Below are positions 1 through 12,354 of a stretch of 64,000 nucleotides of DNA, piece by piece. The stretch lies in NCBI GenBank assembly GCA_013265495.1, contig MU059820.1, positions 3,198,948 through 3,262,947 on the forward strand. The letters run 5' to 3'. The notes under the pieces were generated by a model. It worked only from the letters and a program-made list of their open reading frames with translations, did no database searches and was not told the DNA's origin. The position numbers were made by a program, and so were the translations under genes. The DNA is from Vicugna vicugna (taxonomy: Eukaryota). Positions within the stretch are counted from its first letter, which is position 1. Each line of letters starts with the position of its first letter.

Positions 1-272
1 CTGGGCAAGGGACTAGACAGGTGTCGATTTTCTCATCCAAGAACTGAACAGAACAGAGCTGGCAGTACTTTTGACCTTGGTCTCCAGTGGAAAAGGAGGT
101 CTCAGTACAGTGGGAGTGGTAGGACAGGGAGGGGCAAGATGGGACTGGCTTCCACCAAAAGGGTTCCACTCTTTTGGCAGGAGGTTTTACTTACTGGGCT
201 TTTATGTACAATTTTATTTGAATAAAGGGCTCCTGGACTAAAAAAAAAAAATTTTAAGACATCTGGTTCCTT

Positions 273-356
273 GGGGAGGGTAGAGCTCAAATGGTAGAGC
301 ACATGATTATCATGCATGAGGTCCTGGTCCAATCCCCAGTACCTCGTCTAAAAAAA
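273..356 (+). mobile_element. tRNA-derived SINE, short form (camelid vic-1-like)
   Basis: GGGGAGGGTAGAGCTCAAATGGTAGAGC (A box) ... GGTCCTGGTCCAATCCCCAGTACC (degenerate B box), then an A tail. Perfect 17-bp TSD AAGACATCTGGTTCCTT at 256-272 and 357-373. Confidence 0.9.
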
Positions 357-1289
357 AAGACATCTGGTTCCTTTTCCCTGAAGGCATTTACTCACGCCAA
401 GGAATGAAGCACCTGCAGGTGAGGAGCAGATGAAAGCTGAAAACAAAAAAACTTGAGGGAACCATTTTTTCATTTCAAAGGGGATTACTGAAGGAGGAAT
501 GTACTTTGGCTCCTATAAACCCATCCAATATCTCATCTCCCACCATGGCTCACTGCTGCAGTGCTGCAGAATGTTATCCAAAGAGTTCCTCTCTCATTCC
601 AATGGCTTAAGGAGAGGAAGATTCTCCCTAAAATACTGGGGTCTGTTTGGAGGGATAGGTGAGCACTATCTGCATATTTGTCCTACTTAGAAGGAATCAA
701 ATGTTTACTCAAAAGCCTTTATTAAATAATAAGACAAACTATCAAAAAGGAAAGAGGAAAACATCCATTACAGTTTACAGCCAAGAATCAAGGACTCTTA
801 AGTTGGAAGAGACTTTAAATGAGGAAAGAAATAAAGCCACAGAGGAGAAATATGCTGTAGAATGTCACACAACAAGAGGCAGATCTGAGATCTAAAGCTG
901 GTCCAGTGATGATCTATTCTAAACGAAGACCTAGATGAAGATCCTTCTGCTCAGGCATCAGCTTCTCTGTGTTTGCTGGTCAGTGTAAAAAGCATCTTGA
1001 ATGTTTCGTCTTCCTGGACTTCATAGTCTCCTGAAAGGGGCGTATGCGTGTCTATGTATTCATGTCTGTGTGCATGTCATTGTGTAGGTGTGCGCCTTTC
1101 TGCTGAAGCTCACAGAAGGAAATGACCTACCTGCAAACTGGCAAACGGCACCTGACTGAATGAAGAAATACTTGACTGAGAGCTCAAGAAACTCTCAGTC
1201 TTGAGAATTTGGATTTCCTACTACAATCAAAACTTGAATGTTCAAAATGGTCTTTATTTATTTGGACTCAATTTTTTGAATGCTACCAT

Positions 1290-1480
1290 GGCATAGTGTA
1301 AAGAACCCACACATTGGAGCAGATCCTGCACCACTAATTAGATGCCTATAGGAAGTGACTTAACATCTCCAAGCTTCAGTTTCTCTATCTAAAACCAGGA
1401 TTAAAATGTCCATCTTGCAAGTCTGCTGTGACAATGAGCTAGAGTATGAGAAACTCAAGGAGCAGCAGCTACTATTATGT
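1290..1480 (+). mobile_element. MIR SINE remnant
   Basis: Core-like 'ggaagtgacttaacatctccaagcttcagtttctctatctaaaa' resembles the MIR core. Confidence 0.55.
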
Positions 1481-1670
1481 TAATATTACTAGTGACTTTA
1501 ATTATTAATATTACTAATAAAGAAGATTTTAAAATAATTCCACTGTCTTTAACTTACTATACTAATAACCTAATGTAATAGTGTATTGACTTGTTTTCTG
1601 CTTAGTTGTATATTCTGCATGTCCTTTTTTAACCTGTGGTGTTGCCAGTTTCACAATGTCTCTTCACAGG

Positions 1671-1673
<3 letters not shown>

Positions 1674-1704
<31 letters not shown>
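1674..1704. repeat. (TG)n microsatellite
   Basis: About 15 uninterrupted TG units. Confidence 0.95.
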
Positions 1705-1707
<3 letters not shown>

Positions 1708-2479
1708 CACACATGTATGTGTTCCAATGAGAGTTCCTATTTGCCCATTAGAAGTTCTCCTCGGAATCTGTATAATAATAATAAAAGCAAGACATTCAGC
1801 ACTGCAGACATGTTAACTGAATGGATTCAAGACCAGGAGAGTTCTCATTATTTTCACATCCATGACACACACTCTGCCTGGGAATTTCAGGGAAAACAAA
1901 GGACTAAATGGTAAGGGATGGAACATGGTGCAGGTGACTTTGGAAATAAATGTTGGGGATGGGGTGTGACCCAGGAAGGAAGCTTGGCTCATGGGACTCT
2001 TCAGGGAGAAAAATCCACGTGGAATCTGAGGCTTTCCCCAATTCTGGGAAGAGAGCTCTGAGAGGCTGCAGAAAACACAACCACCTTCAAGTAAGTGTCG
2101 ATCCACACCCTGGCAGATAATCTCCAGACACGGTGAGGACCCCAAGCCCTGCACAGTGTGGACATGAGGTACTGCACTAGAAAGAGAACTCAGTGAATAG
2201 TGAGACACTGCCCCCAGGACCTTCTCTTCTACTTGATGCTCAGCACAGTGCAGCCAGGCTCTCACAACCCCACCCTCGCTCCACTGTCCTCCCCAGGACA
2301 GAAGGATGCAGGACCCTTCTCTGGAGATATCAACCAGCCCCAAAGAAAAAGCTCCCAGATGGCCACTTGTTCCTCAATGCCATGGTCAGGCCCCATCATG
2401 GCACATACCCCAGCTAACAACCCCACACAGGGTCCTGGTCACTGTCCTGGTGATTACATTATTAATCAAAACAAGCATC

Positions 2480-3120
2480 CAAGCACCACCAGACAGGAGA
2501 AAACCCTCCAACATGAGAGATCAAACATAAACAGAGAACAAGTAAAGTAAAAGAGATGACAGGAAGCAGAAAAAAATGTCTTAACTTGTAAAAACTATCA
2601 TTAAGATGCTGGAGATAAGAATAGATACTACCACCACTTAAAAAAAGATGCTAAAAACTAAAAAATCAGAGAAGAGATTCAACTCAATTAATGAGAGTTC
2701 CAAGAAGAGAGCACATTAGAAAAAACAGAAGGGAAATTATCAAAGAAATAATATAGGAAAACTTCCTGTATCACAGAAAGGCCTGAACTTCTAGACAGAA
2801 AGGGCCCCTGAGCACCTAACCCAATAAAAGGAAGAAACTCTCACTGAGGCATATTCCTATGAAATTTCAGAACAACATGAATAAGCAGAAATCCCTGAAA
2901 GCAAAGAGAAGAAATAGGAAAATATAACCTTTAGAAATTGTGAATCACTATATTGTACACCTGTAACTTGTAAAATATTGTACATCATTTATTCTTTAAT
3001 TTAAAGGAAAAAGAAAAAGGAATCAGCAGTCAACGAAACATCATTTTCTAAGTCGTGAGGAAAATGATTTTTAAAGGGAACTGAATGCCCAGCCAAATGG
3101 CCAAGCTGAGGGCCACCTTG
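2480..3120 (+). mobile_element. Old L1 (L1M-type) ORF1-region remnant
   Basis: A-rich, with degenerate L1 ORF1-like text 'gaaattatcaaagaaataatataggaaaacttcc...gaaatttcagaac'. No open frame. Confidence 0.5.
2929..3020 (+). mobile_element. Short L1MA-type 3' end nested in the older L1
   Basis: 'gtgaatcactatattgtacacctgtaacttgtaaaatattgtacatc' followed by an A-rich tail. Confidence 0.55.
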
Positions 3121-3799
3121 AGAATTAGGCAGATGGGATAATGGGGGTGGGGAGAACAAGGAGTCCAGTACAAGAGATTCCCCAGTGCCTGGAAGCAGCC
3201 AACTTAGCTGGAACCTGAGAGCACAGGGCTCCCAAGGACATCCCCTCCCCTCCCTCCAAAAATCTGGGAGATTACTGAATGCAGCCTCCCACCCTGGTAG
3301 ATTTCAGTCCTGCTAGGAGGTTGACTGGTATCATTGATAAATACATAGAAAAACTAAGGCAACACTCAAATCCCAGGAAAAAAACAAAAGGCAATCACAG
3401 CACACCATCCAGCTCACCTCTATTAACAGTTACACAGTTATAATCATGTCAGAGGTGAACATTAATGGAGATAATAATAGAACTACCACTTGAGGGGGGC
3501 TGTGAGTTGCAAGTTAATACACACACACAAGCATTTGAGATGGTTCTGCGCCAAGAACATATAAAATGCTCAATGTATTTTACTCTGTTACTATTTCTCA
3601 TACCTCATCATGTTCTTCCCACACAGATAGCGAAGCTTCATTCCCACCACGTTTCAACCACTCTGTATCTAATACATCATGCTCCATAAGGTTTTCAAAA
3701 AGGCATGTTACTTCACTAGCAGTGACGGTCAAACAGCTCTGTAGTTTAGAGATAATGCCATATAATAAGGAGAGAAATAAGTTTGTTTTATTTTTTTAA

Positions 3800-5220
3800 T
3801 GTGTTTTGATGTTTTGGGAAACAACCTAAGTATCCAATGATAGGGAAACAGCTAAGAAAATTGTGGAAGGGGCACAGAATGCTTACAAATGATGTAAATA
3901 ATATAAATATATGCCGATGACACATTAAGTGAAACAAACAAAAAAAGAAGTGAACGTTAATGTAACTGTCATTGCTTAATACTCGGAAGGATGGAGGAAC
4001 AGGGGAGGGAGGGGTGGAGCATGAGCAAATTTTCACCTTCCTTAATAGAAAATTGACAGCGTCCAAACTGAAAACTCATCAAGGAGCTGCGTGAGCCCGG
4101 GATTTATAAACATGGACGTAAAAGACAGAGGAACAGCTAAGAACGGCAGTTACCTCTGGAGGCGTCAGGCAGAGAACTACTATTTTTCATTATACGTGTG
4201 GAAATATGATACAACTTTTAATCTTATATATGTATTGTTTTGAGAAAAATAACAATTACCTTAGGGAAGTGATCAAAGTGAACAAACTGAAGAACAGATA
4301 GATGTGCAAGAGATTTCTGAGGCTGGATCAGGAGACTACAGGTGGCACAAAGCTTGTCCCCAGGGACTATCACACGTTCATTGTCAGGGCTGTGGTGTCT
4401 GACCAAACACACCCTTCTGCATTATTTTAGTAACATGCTCATTTGTCTATTTAGGTCACGTTACAATACAAAAAACTAGCAAAAGCCAAACAGCTTGGTG
4501 TAGTTATTGGGTGTTGTGCAAATCTTTTCCCCAAATCCACATGTAAATTTGTTCATCCTTCACCTTTTAAAAGCCTTAAATCTTGAAGTGCAAATAAGTT
4601 TAAAAAAAAATTCCTGAATGGTAATTTGGCAATACACATCAAAAGATTAAAGGCACACAACCTTGACCCTACAATTCCACTTCCAATAATGTAACCTAGT
4701 CTTTGGTAAACTCTACAGTATGGTTTGCAACAGTGATCTTCAACCCTAAAAGCACGTGAGAATTCTGATTCCTGGCCTCACACCCAGGACAGCCTGATTT
4801 AGCTGGCCCGTGATTGGGGCCTGGACATCTGTATTCTGCAGCCAAGATGGAGAACTCTTGGTTTATAATAAAGAAAACTGGAAACAGCATAAATACTCAA
4901 CAGGGAAGCTGGTTAAGTCCATCGTGACAGGGCCATACGATGGAATCCTAGATAGTCTTAAAATAATGTGGTGGGAAAAAAGATACTTCATTAAGCATAT
5001 TTACTGACATGAGCAGATACTTACAACACCAAGTAAAAACACAGTTGTAATAAGCATATGTGATATGATTCACTTTTGGAAAAGTGTATATGAAAAAAAT
5101 CGCACTGTCCTAGATTTAATGCATCATTGTCTGTAGCCATAATGTCTAAGTGTGGAAAGATTAAATTTAAATATTTTTGTCTATTTGTATGTTCTAACAT
5201 TTCCAATGGAAAAAGTACTA
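3800..5220 (+). mobile_element. Fragmented L1ME-type 3' remnants
   Basis: 'gaaacaacctaagtatccaatgatagggaa', 'aatttggcaatacacatcaaaag...gaccctacaattccacttc' and 'aaaactggaaacagcataaatactc' resemble the L1 ORF2 end and 3' UTR. Confidence 0.55.
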
Positions 5221-5677
5221 CAGAGAATGCATATTACAGATATTGCCTTTTAAAGTTCAAAAACGCTCAGACATGTCACTTGTAAGTTTTAAACACTTAA
5301 ACACTGTCCACGTGGATTTCACCTCACGCCCCACTGCTGCCCAGGCCAGTAAATCTACACACACAGACACACCCGAACTCTCATCGGAGTCTTTCAGGGC
5401 ACACTGCTCCCTCACAAGTCTCCAGGGGGAGAGAGTAACTTTCCCATGAGTTTCGTCTCTCCTTTGTAGGTAACAGCGTTCGGCTGCCTCAGACCCAGAT
5501 TATCCTTGTAACTTCCTCACACCCACTGACCTCCTAAATTCAAGGGATGAAAGAGGAGCTGTTATTACTGCAGTAACATCAGGACACCAGACACTGGATC
5601 TGTGACTCTAAGAAGGACAATGAGGAAGTCCCGAGCACACCTGCCAATCCCCCAAATTCCAGCCCCGCTGAGCCATT

Positions 5678-6177
5678 TGTGCCACAGGGAAGAACAAATG
5701 TGACCCCACGGTGGATCTGCTTCATTTACTTTAACCTCTGTCTTCTATTGCTTCTGCCCAGAATGTTGCCTAGAGCCTGAAATACACAGGAGAGCCCATT
5801 CTCAAGGCTCTGGTCTAAAGTATAATACTTTTCCAATCATACAGAGATAAAAAGTTGCAGAACAGAAGTTGCAGAACAGAGAATGACATTCATCTTGTTG
5901 GAGGTTTACAGGAACACCATGACCTGGCCTACGTGGACAGCTGCAAGAACAAAGGATTCCAACACCAAGAGTTTGCAACCCCCAACAAGATCCCCTCCCC
6001 TTTTAGAATAAGAGAAGCCTGAATTCTATCTTGGGGAAGATGGTTCTTTAGGACCTAGTCCACCACCTTCTTGGTCTGCTGGCTTTCTGAATAAAGGCGC
6101 TAGTCCTTGCCCCCAACGACTCTGGATTTAATGCCCGGTGGTGCGGCAAGCAGTGTGAGCTTGGACTCGTTTTAACA
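5678..6177 (+). mobile_element. ERV solo LTR (about 500 bp, ERV1-like)
   Basis: Starts TGTGCC and ends TAACA. AATAAA near 6090 is followed by a U5-like end. Internal 14-bp tandem duplication GTTGCAGAACAGA(A/G). No clear TSD. Confidence 0.75.
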
Positions 6178-7666
6178 TTCAGGATCATTGGTAGAAGGTG
6201 TGGAGAGAGGTGGGCATTCAGGGCATGAATGTGTCTTCCTAAGAAGCTTCCAGCACAAGGAAGAGGCTGAGTTACGGATCACAGAATAGGAAACACCCGC
6301 GGGGGACAGACCCTTGTATTCTGAGCAAAAATGGCAAAGGGCCTTCATCCTTTGCTTTACCCACCCCCGCCCACTCCCTCCTCCGTGCTCCTTTCCCTCA
6401 TTCTTTGCCTCAAAGCTGCCCACTCAAAAGAACCAAGTAAGCTGCAAATCACTCTATCTTCAGAAGTTTTTAAAACTTAAGACAAAAGCAGTCAGGGAAT
6501 TAAGACCAAACCCCAGATATGTGAGAAAAGGGCTCAAACACATGGCACAGCACGAACGGTCTGCCTCCCAGGCCCGGCCTTTCGCCAACCAGTAGCAATC
6601 AAGCCGGACACTGGAGCAAGCAGGAAATCTAAAATTAGGCTGTACTACCTATAATGGAGGATTTATGGGATGGTTTAATTGGTAGTCTCAGAACTAAAAC
6701 CCCAAGTGGGGGAACAAAAACATCTTTCTGGACATACCTAGCAAGCCCACATGCCCTCCGTGAACCCCACCTGCAGCCCGTGGATCCACGAGTCTGCAGG
6801 TTCTTCCTGCTTCTAACCTGACACGTCCCAGAGCCAAGAGCGCAGTAGTCCCTGGTCCTTTATTTAAGAGGCAAAACAGTTTCTTGCCGTAGCACAGATC
6901 TTCAGACCACACACAGACACTCAGGAGTTGTGCAGAACAGAAAAGAACCCATTCAGTCAGCCCTCTCCTGAAATATCCCAAACCACAAGAACCACACTCA
7001 AAAGGTCGCGGGGAAGATTCAACTCAGCCATGAATGTATTGGTTTGCACCTGTGAGCTGCCATTTTCTGTGCCAGCAAGATCATTTGAAGATTACCGTTC
7101 TGGGTCAACGGAAAAAATAATTACATTGTGTGTTTATGTAAATTCCACACGTTCTCAGAGAGATTTCAAGTAAACACGAGGAGAGAAACAGAAAGGCCTT
7201 GATTGGAACGTTGGCTGTTGATGTGGGGTAGGTAACAAAGTCCCCCTCCCCTGCAGGGGGGACTCACAGCACAGCACCCACAGAAGCCAGCCTCTGCCAA
7301 AGGCTGGGCGCCCCAGAGACAAGCATGGCCACAACAGTCAGTCCCTTCTGCCACCCTCCTCCCTTTCTGTCCCACTCACTCAGCAAACATGAGTAGAGTT
7401 GGCCGTCTTCCCCAGAAGGGTCTTTCCAGCCACACTCGCCCCTCTGTGGGTGACATCCATGCATCCACCGTGGATGGACTTGGGGACACCAGCCTGAATC
7501 GAAGCCAGGGCATGGAGAGGGGAGGGAAAATGCAGGGACAATGACTGCCTCTCTGACTCCAGTGAAAAATGGGGCTCCATTTATTAGGATGGCATTCTGT
7601 CTGCACAACAGTGTGAGTAGACCCTGAGATTTTACTGAGTAGAATTCCTTCTGAAGGAAGTTTCTA

Positions 7667-8241
7667 CACTATTTACAACAGCCAAGACATTAAAGTAACC
7701 TAAATGTCCATTGACAGATGAATGGATAAAGAAGATATGTGTGTGTGTACCCACACAGATGTATACCCACAATGGAATACTACTCAGCCATAAAAAAGAA
7801 TGAAACAATGCCATTTGCAGCAACATGGATGGACCTAGAGATGATCATACTAAATGAAGTAAGTCAGACAGAGAAAGACAAATATCATATGATATCACTT
7901 ATATGTAGAATCTAAAAAAGGGTACAAATAAACTTATTTACAAAACAGAAACAGACTCACAGACATCGAAAACAAACTTATAGTTACCAAAGGGGAAAGG
8001 GGAAGGGATATATTAGGATTTTGTGATTAGCAGACACAAACCGCTATATATAAAACAGATAAACAACAAGGCCCTACGGTATAGCACAGGGAACTACATT
8101 CAATGTCTTGTTAAAACCTATAATGAAAAAGAATACATGTATACCTGTATGACTGACTCACTGTGCTATACACCAGAAATTAACACAACATTGTACGTCA
8201 ACTAGACTTCAATAAAATTTTTTTAAAATTCAAAAAAATAA
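7667..8241 (+). mobile_element. 5'-truncated L1 3' end (artiodactyl-type)
   Basis: ORF2 end 'gcagcaacatggatggacctagagatgatcatactaaatgaagtaagtcag', full 3' UTR and A tail. Degenerate TSD AGGAAGTTTCTA (7655-7666) / AAGAAGCTTCTA (8242-8253), 10/12 match. Confidence 0.95.
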
Positions 8242-8323
8242 AAGAAGCTTCTATTTATTACAACACACTATAACATGATGAGAAGACATTTTTGCTTTTT
8301 AAAAATCTCATATTCTTAAAGGG

Positions 8324-8416
8324 ATGTATGTATATGTATGACTGGGACATTGTGCTGTACACCAGAAATTGACACATTGTAACTGATAGTACTTCAATTT
8401 AAAAAATTAAAATTTT
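8324..8416 (+). mobile_element. 93-bp extreme 3' L1 tail insertion
   Basis: 'gacattgtgctgtacaccagaaattgacacattgtaactga...cttcaatttaaaaaa'. Perfect 14-bp TSD ATATTCTTAAAGGG at 8310-8323 and 8417-8430. Confidence 0.85.
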
Positions 8417-8792
8417 ATATTCTTAAAGGGGATTCAACTCTCCAGTGTTAGAAGCACTTTTCCCAGATCCCACTAGTCTTGTGAAGGCTTCTGTTTAGGT
8501 GTGGAGCCTTCCCTGTACACGGGATGTCAGTGCCTCATCCCATGGGAACCCCACAGAAGGAGATCAGCATAGAGGATAGTCTTTTTCTACCTGAGGAATT
8601 AGCAGCAGAGTGGAATTCAGTAAGTCTGGGGTCCTCCCTGGACTTCTCTGAATGCAGCCTAAGAAGAGACAATTTATCCTGAATTCTAGACTCTGGTGAT
8701 GAGGTTATCACAATATTTACAGGATATTGTAGTATTAGAATCTATGCAATAGATTATATGTACAGTCCACATGAAATCTATGTACTAGATTT

Positions 8793-8839
8793 TATATATT
8801 CTTTATATATATACATATATATATACATAATATATATAT
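8793..8839. repeat. Imperfect (TA)n simple repeat
   Basis: tatatatt...tatatatatacatatatatatacataatatatatat. Confidence 0.8.
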
Positions 8840-9406
8840 GTAATAGCTTGGCTATTAAAAGATTTGGGGGGGAAATGCCACAGAAAAAATTATATTAAAT
8901 AAAATTAAGCCAAGCTGTGAAACAATTTTGAAATGGTCTAGGAAACTAAGTGGTATTTGATATTTACTTTTTCTGGATACAGACATGACTTCATGTCATC
9001 ACTGACCCTGGCTGGTCAGGATCCCCGATATTTTCTAAATTCCTAGACTGTGTAATAGTCAATGGTCCCAACTAGAAAGTTCAAAGGGAATTCCCCAGAA
9101 AAGGCAGCGTGAAATAAGTGTCAGCCAGAGCTGGAGAAGACCAGACATACAACTCATAACAGAAATACGTTTAATATAAACAAGCGTTCAGGCATACATC
9201 GTGCTGTGTCTTCTAATCTGGCCCCATGACCAAACAGGTAAACAACAATGTGATTTTACCCTGGCATGCACTGTGAAAGCGGTTATGGTAAAGTGATTCT
9301 TAAGGGCAAGCACTCATAGACTTCCAAATCTGTGCTCCGTGGGACCACGACATGGCACTTGGTCACTTCTCCTGCTTGGTGTTCAAAATTCTGACTGTGG
9401 ATCGTG

Positions 9407-10126
9407 GCTGACTCAAATTAACGTCTGTCTGTAAGAAATTTGACAGAGACCATGTGTCAAGAAGAAGAGGGGAACAAGCTTTCATAACTAAATGTTACTT
9501 GCTTGGAGTTAAGCACTTCTTAAAATGCAGAAAACAGATGCGAAAAGAATTCATGAAAATGTACCTTTTACCTTCCAAATCCACAGGCAGCATCAGGGGA
9601 GGGGCAGAAGGAGCAGCTAGGCTCTACATCACAGGCTCAAAGATGCTCAGGACCAGACACCCACCTGGATCTCCCACCACGACAGAAGCAGACTTCTTTG
9701 TGACATTCCAGAAAGAAGTATGCTGCCAGAAAATATTCTAACACTGCGTGTACCAGGCACTGGAGGTAAGCATTTCAAAAAACTTAATCTTCATGCCTTC
9801 CGCACTCACAATAACGTTATTCATCACTTGATTTTTCTAGAAGAGAAGGGACTCTGGATATCATTACTCACTTTGAGACCCAGCAGATTTGTCAGGACTG
9901 CTGGTGACTCAGACACAATCTGAGCTTCTTCCCAGCCGCTCTGGTTTCACAGCAACCCCGTCTCTCCCCTCCTAAGAATCTGTTTTTTCCCCTCATGCAG
10001 TTTTTCCTATTTTCGGTGTCACTGGGTCCCTTCTAGTAAGTGTGCTGAGCGGTGCTGGCAGCTCCGGGCGTGGGCAGGCTGCAGACTCTGCCTCACAGAA
10101 CACGCGCCCTCCAGCTCTGAGTCAGC
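9407..10126. promoter_or_regulatory. Cluster of three AP-1 heptamers, two extended to the CNC/sMaf-type motif
   Basis: GCTGACTCA 9407-9415, TGACTCA 9905-9911, TGAGTCAGC 10118-10126. Confidence 0.35.
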
Positions 10127-10913
10127 TGCCTGTTCATGGAAATACTATTCAGTGATCATTTTCGTAAAAATTTGTGCTGGCACAGTTTTGTTTCTCTTGA
10201 CACTGGCCCAAGTGTTTTTCTCTTCTGATTGATTTTTGGTTTCAACTCAGCATGTCTTTTTTGGTTGTTTATTTTTTAATATATTTCCATTTTTACTGGA
10301 GGGGAAACATTAGCGTCAGCGGGATCCAGCTGCATCCAGTCGGCCACACGACCTGCATTTCTACATCGAGACGACGGGGGAGTACTGTCTGCAGAAGCCG
10401 AGGAGGGCTTCTCCTGCCCAGACTCTGCTGATGGGACGTCAAGGTGGCCTCTCCAGTCGCTGACACACAAGGGCACACTGGCCTCTGGGAGGGCTTACGA
10501 CCCCCCATCCTGGGGACGTGCTTCTGCAACTTGGGAGTCTCTGCAGACTTGCTGATTGTGTACACCAAGTCTGACCTGTGCTCACACGGAAAGCGTGTGG
10601 TCAGCGGTAGTGCAGGTCTGATGGAGCCCTTTGAGAAATACTCCAGCAGTTGTCAACTGCCTCTGCTTTACGACTATCATTTTCAGGCTACACTGGATAC
10701 AAGGGCAAATGATTAGCCAGTGGAACGTCCTGACTGCCTCTGGATCACCTCCTCTCTTTCAGTCCTTTCTCAGATCATGGACTGGCATCCGTCATCTTTT
10801 AAACAGTCAGCATCTTTTTCAAAGTTCAGCCATGCTTTCCCAAGAAGACTAAAATCTGTTCTCGGAGGATGAAAAAACTGTCTTGCTCTTTTATGTACAA
10901 AGCACAGATCTAA
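9872..10913 (-). other. Candidate internal leader exon; 5' boundary better supported than 3' boundary
   Basis: Acceptor ttttacattttttctgtatatatatttgtatatctacag|TTAGATC (AG at 10915-10914). Possible donors AAA|GTGAGT (9872/9871) or AAG|GTAAAA (9572/9571). Confidence 0.3.
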
Positions 10914-12277
10914 CTGTAGATATACAAATATATATACAGAAAAAATGTAAAATTCCTAAACATCTATTCAGGATATCTGTGATACAAAATTTTCATGTGG
11001 GAGAGGTGTGATTAAGGAAAAAAACGTGTGAAAAGACTCCTTAGGGGGTTGATCATGAAAAAAAGGTTGAAAAAGATGAATGTAAGCATAAGGGTAACAG
11101 CATCACAAAATATCGCTACTTCTTGCTGCGTTGAGCACCGATGCTTCAGTGATAAACTGCCGACATGTACTCCAGTCTGTTCAGGACGTCCCCATGGTTA
11201 TTCCCACAAGTTGGGGATTGAAAGAGTTACGCTGCATTGAGATACTCTTTAACTCACAACTCAATTACGTGTCTCCTCTTGTTTTCGAAGCCAGTCGGTG
11301 TTTGGCGCAAGAAACAAAACCAAAGAAAAACCAACAAATAGAAAAGGAAAGAAATAAAGAGCTAACGTTTGGATGCAAAGGAAGCAGACGACTGTACTTA
11401 TCTGAAAACAATGACCTGTTATTTTAAACGTCGATGAACTAAAGATTTCTCAGCACATCACTTCATCCCATATTAAGTACCCAACCCAGCAGTCTTTGCC
11501 TTGCCTTAATCTATTAGGAATCTTGTTTATTTCAAAAAGGAAGCAGGCATTTAACTTTCTCAAGTATATGATGTGCAATTCTTATTTTTACTTGCTTGGA
11601 GCGAAGACTGAAAAACAGTGTTCAATCTGGCTTCCTCTGCCAATGCCGATGTGACTAGTTCTCATCCTTGTTTCCACACCTCCTTTAATCTTCTTTAATC
11701 TTTGGGGGGGGGCAGAATTTAGTCCCAACCTTTCAGTGAGGTCTCCTATATTTCCAACAGCGCCACCCATGATGCTGCTGCCTGCTCTCCTGACCCATGA
11801 GGGCTGTGCCCGCGCCGGAGAGAGAGATGGTCATTTTACTCATAATCTCAGAGGCCACGTACACCAGCATCACAGAATATCGGAATAACTCTGTGATGAC
11901 CTCAAAGGGTAATGTATGGAGCAGGGACAGTAACTGGAGTGTGTTTTCTCTCCTAAAACTCCCAGACTAAGGCAGACTTATGAATAATTTTCAAAAATCA
12001 GGAAGTCTGCGAAAAATCCTCCCTGTCTTATAAAGATTGCATGGTGCTGCTCATCAAATCTCCTAAGGCCTCAGACTCCCGCCCCTCCGCGGAGGTCCCT
12101 GGACCTGAGTGCTCACAGCCACGCCAAAGAACGCAGGCACCTGCCTCGAGCAAATCCACTCCAATTCCCCCTCATTCCCAGACACAAATTTCCATGAAAA
12201 CCAGACACAGGACAGAAAGCAGGGGCAGGGCATTCCCAAATCGCTTCAGATCTGCAGCCTGATTTCATTAGACTCAC

Positions 12278-12354
12278 CGGCTGGTTTCTTCCAGCCTCTG
12301 TGCGTGTCCACCCCTGGTGAACCTTCACTGACATCCAAAACTGAGCTGCCCAGA
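12278..12354 (-). other. Candidate 77-nt internal exon
   Basis: Acceptor ctctcctgccctagtcttgtttccttcag|TCTGGG and donor CCG|GTGAGT. Contains a GAAGAA enhancer-like hexamer. Confidence 0.45.

Noticed and set aside
9712-9765. 54-nt plus-strand micro-exon candidate (ttccag|...GAG|gtaagc)
   Set aside because: Good splice sites but no plus-strand promoter or partner exons seen, and it is antisense to the inferred gene. Such pseudo-exons are common.
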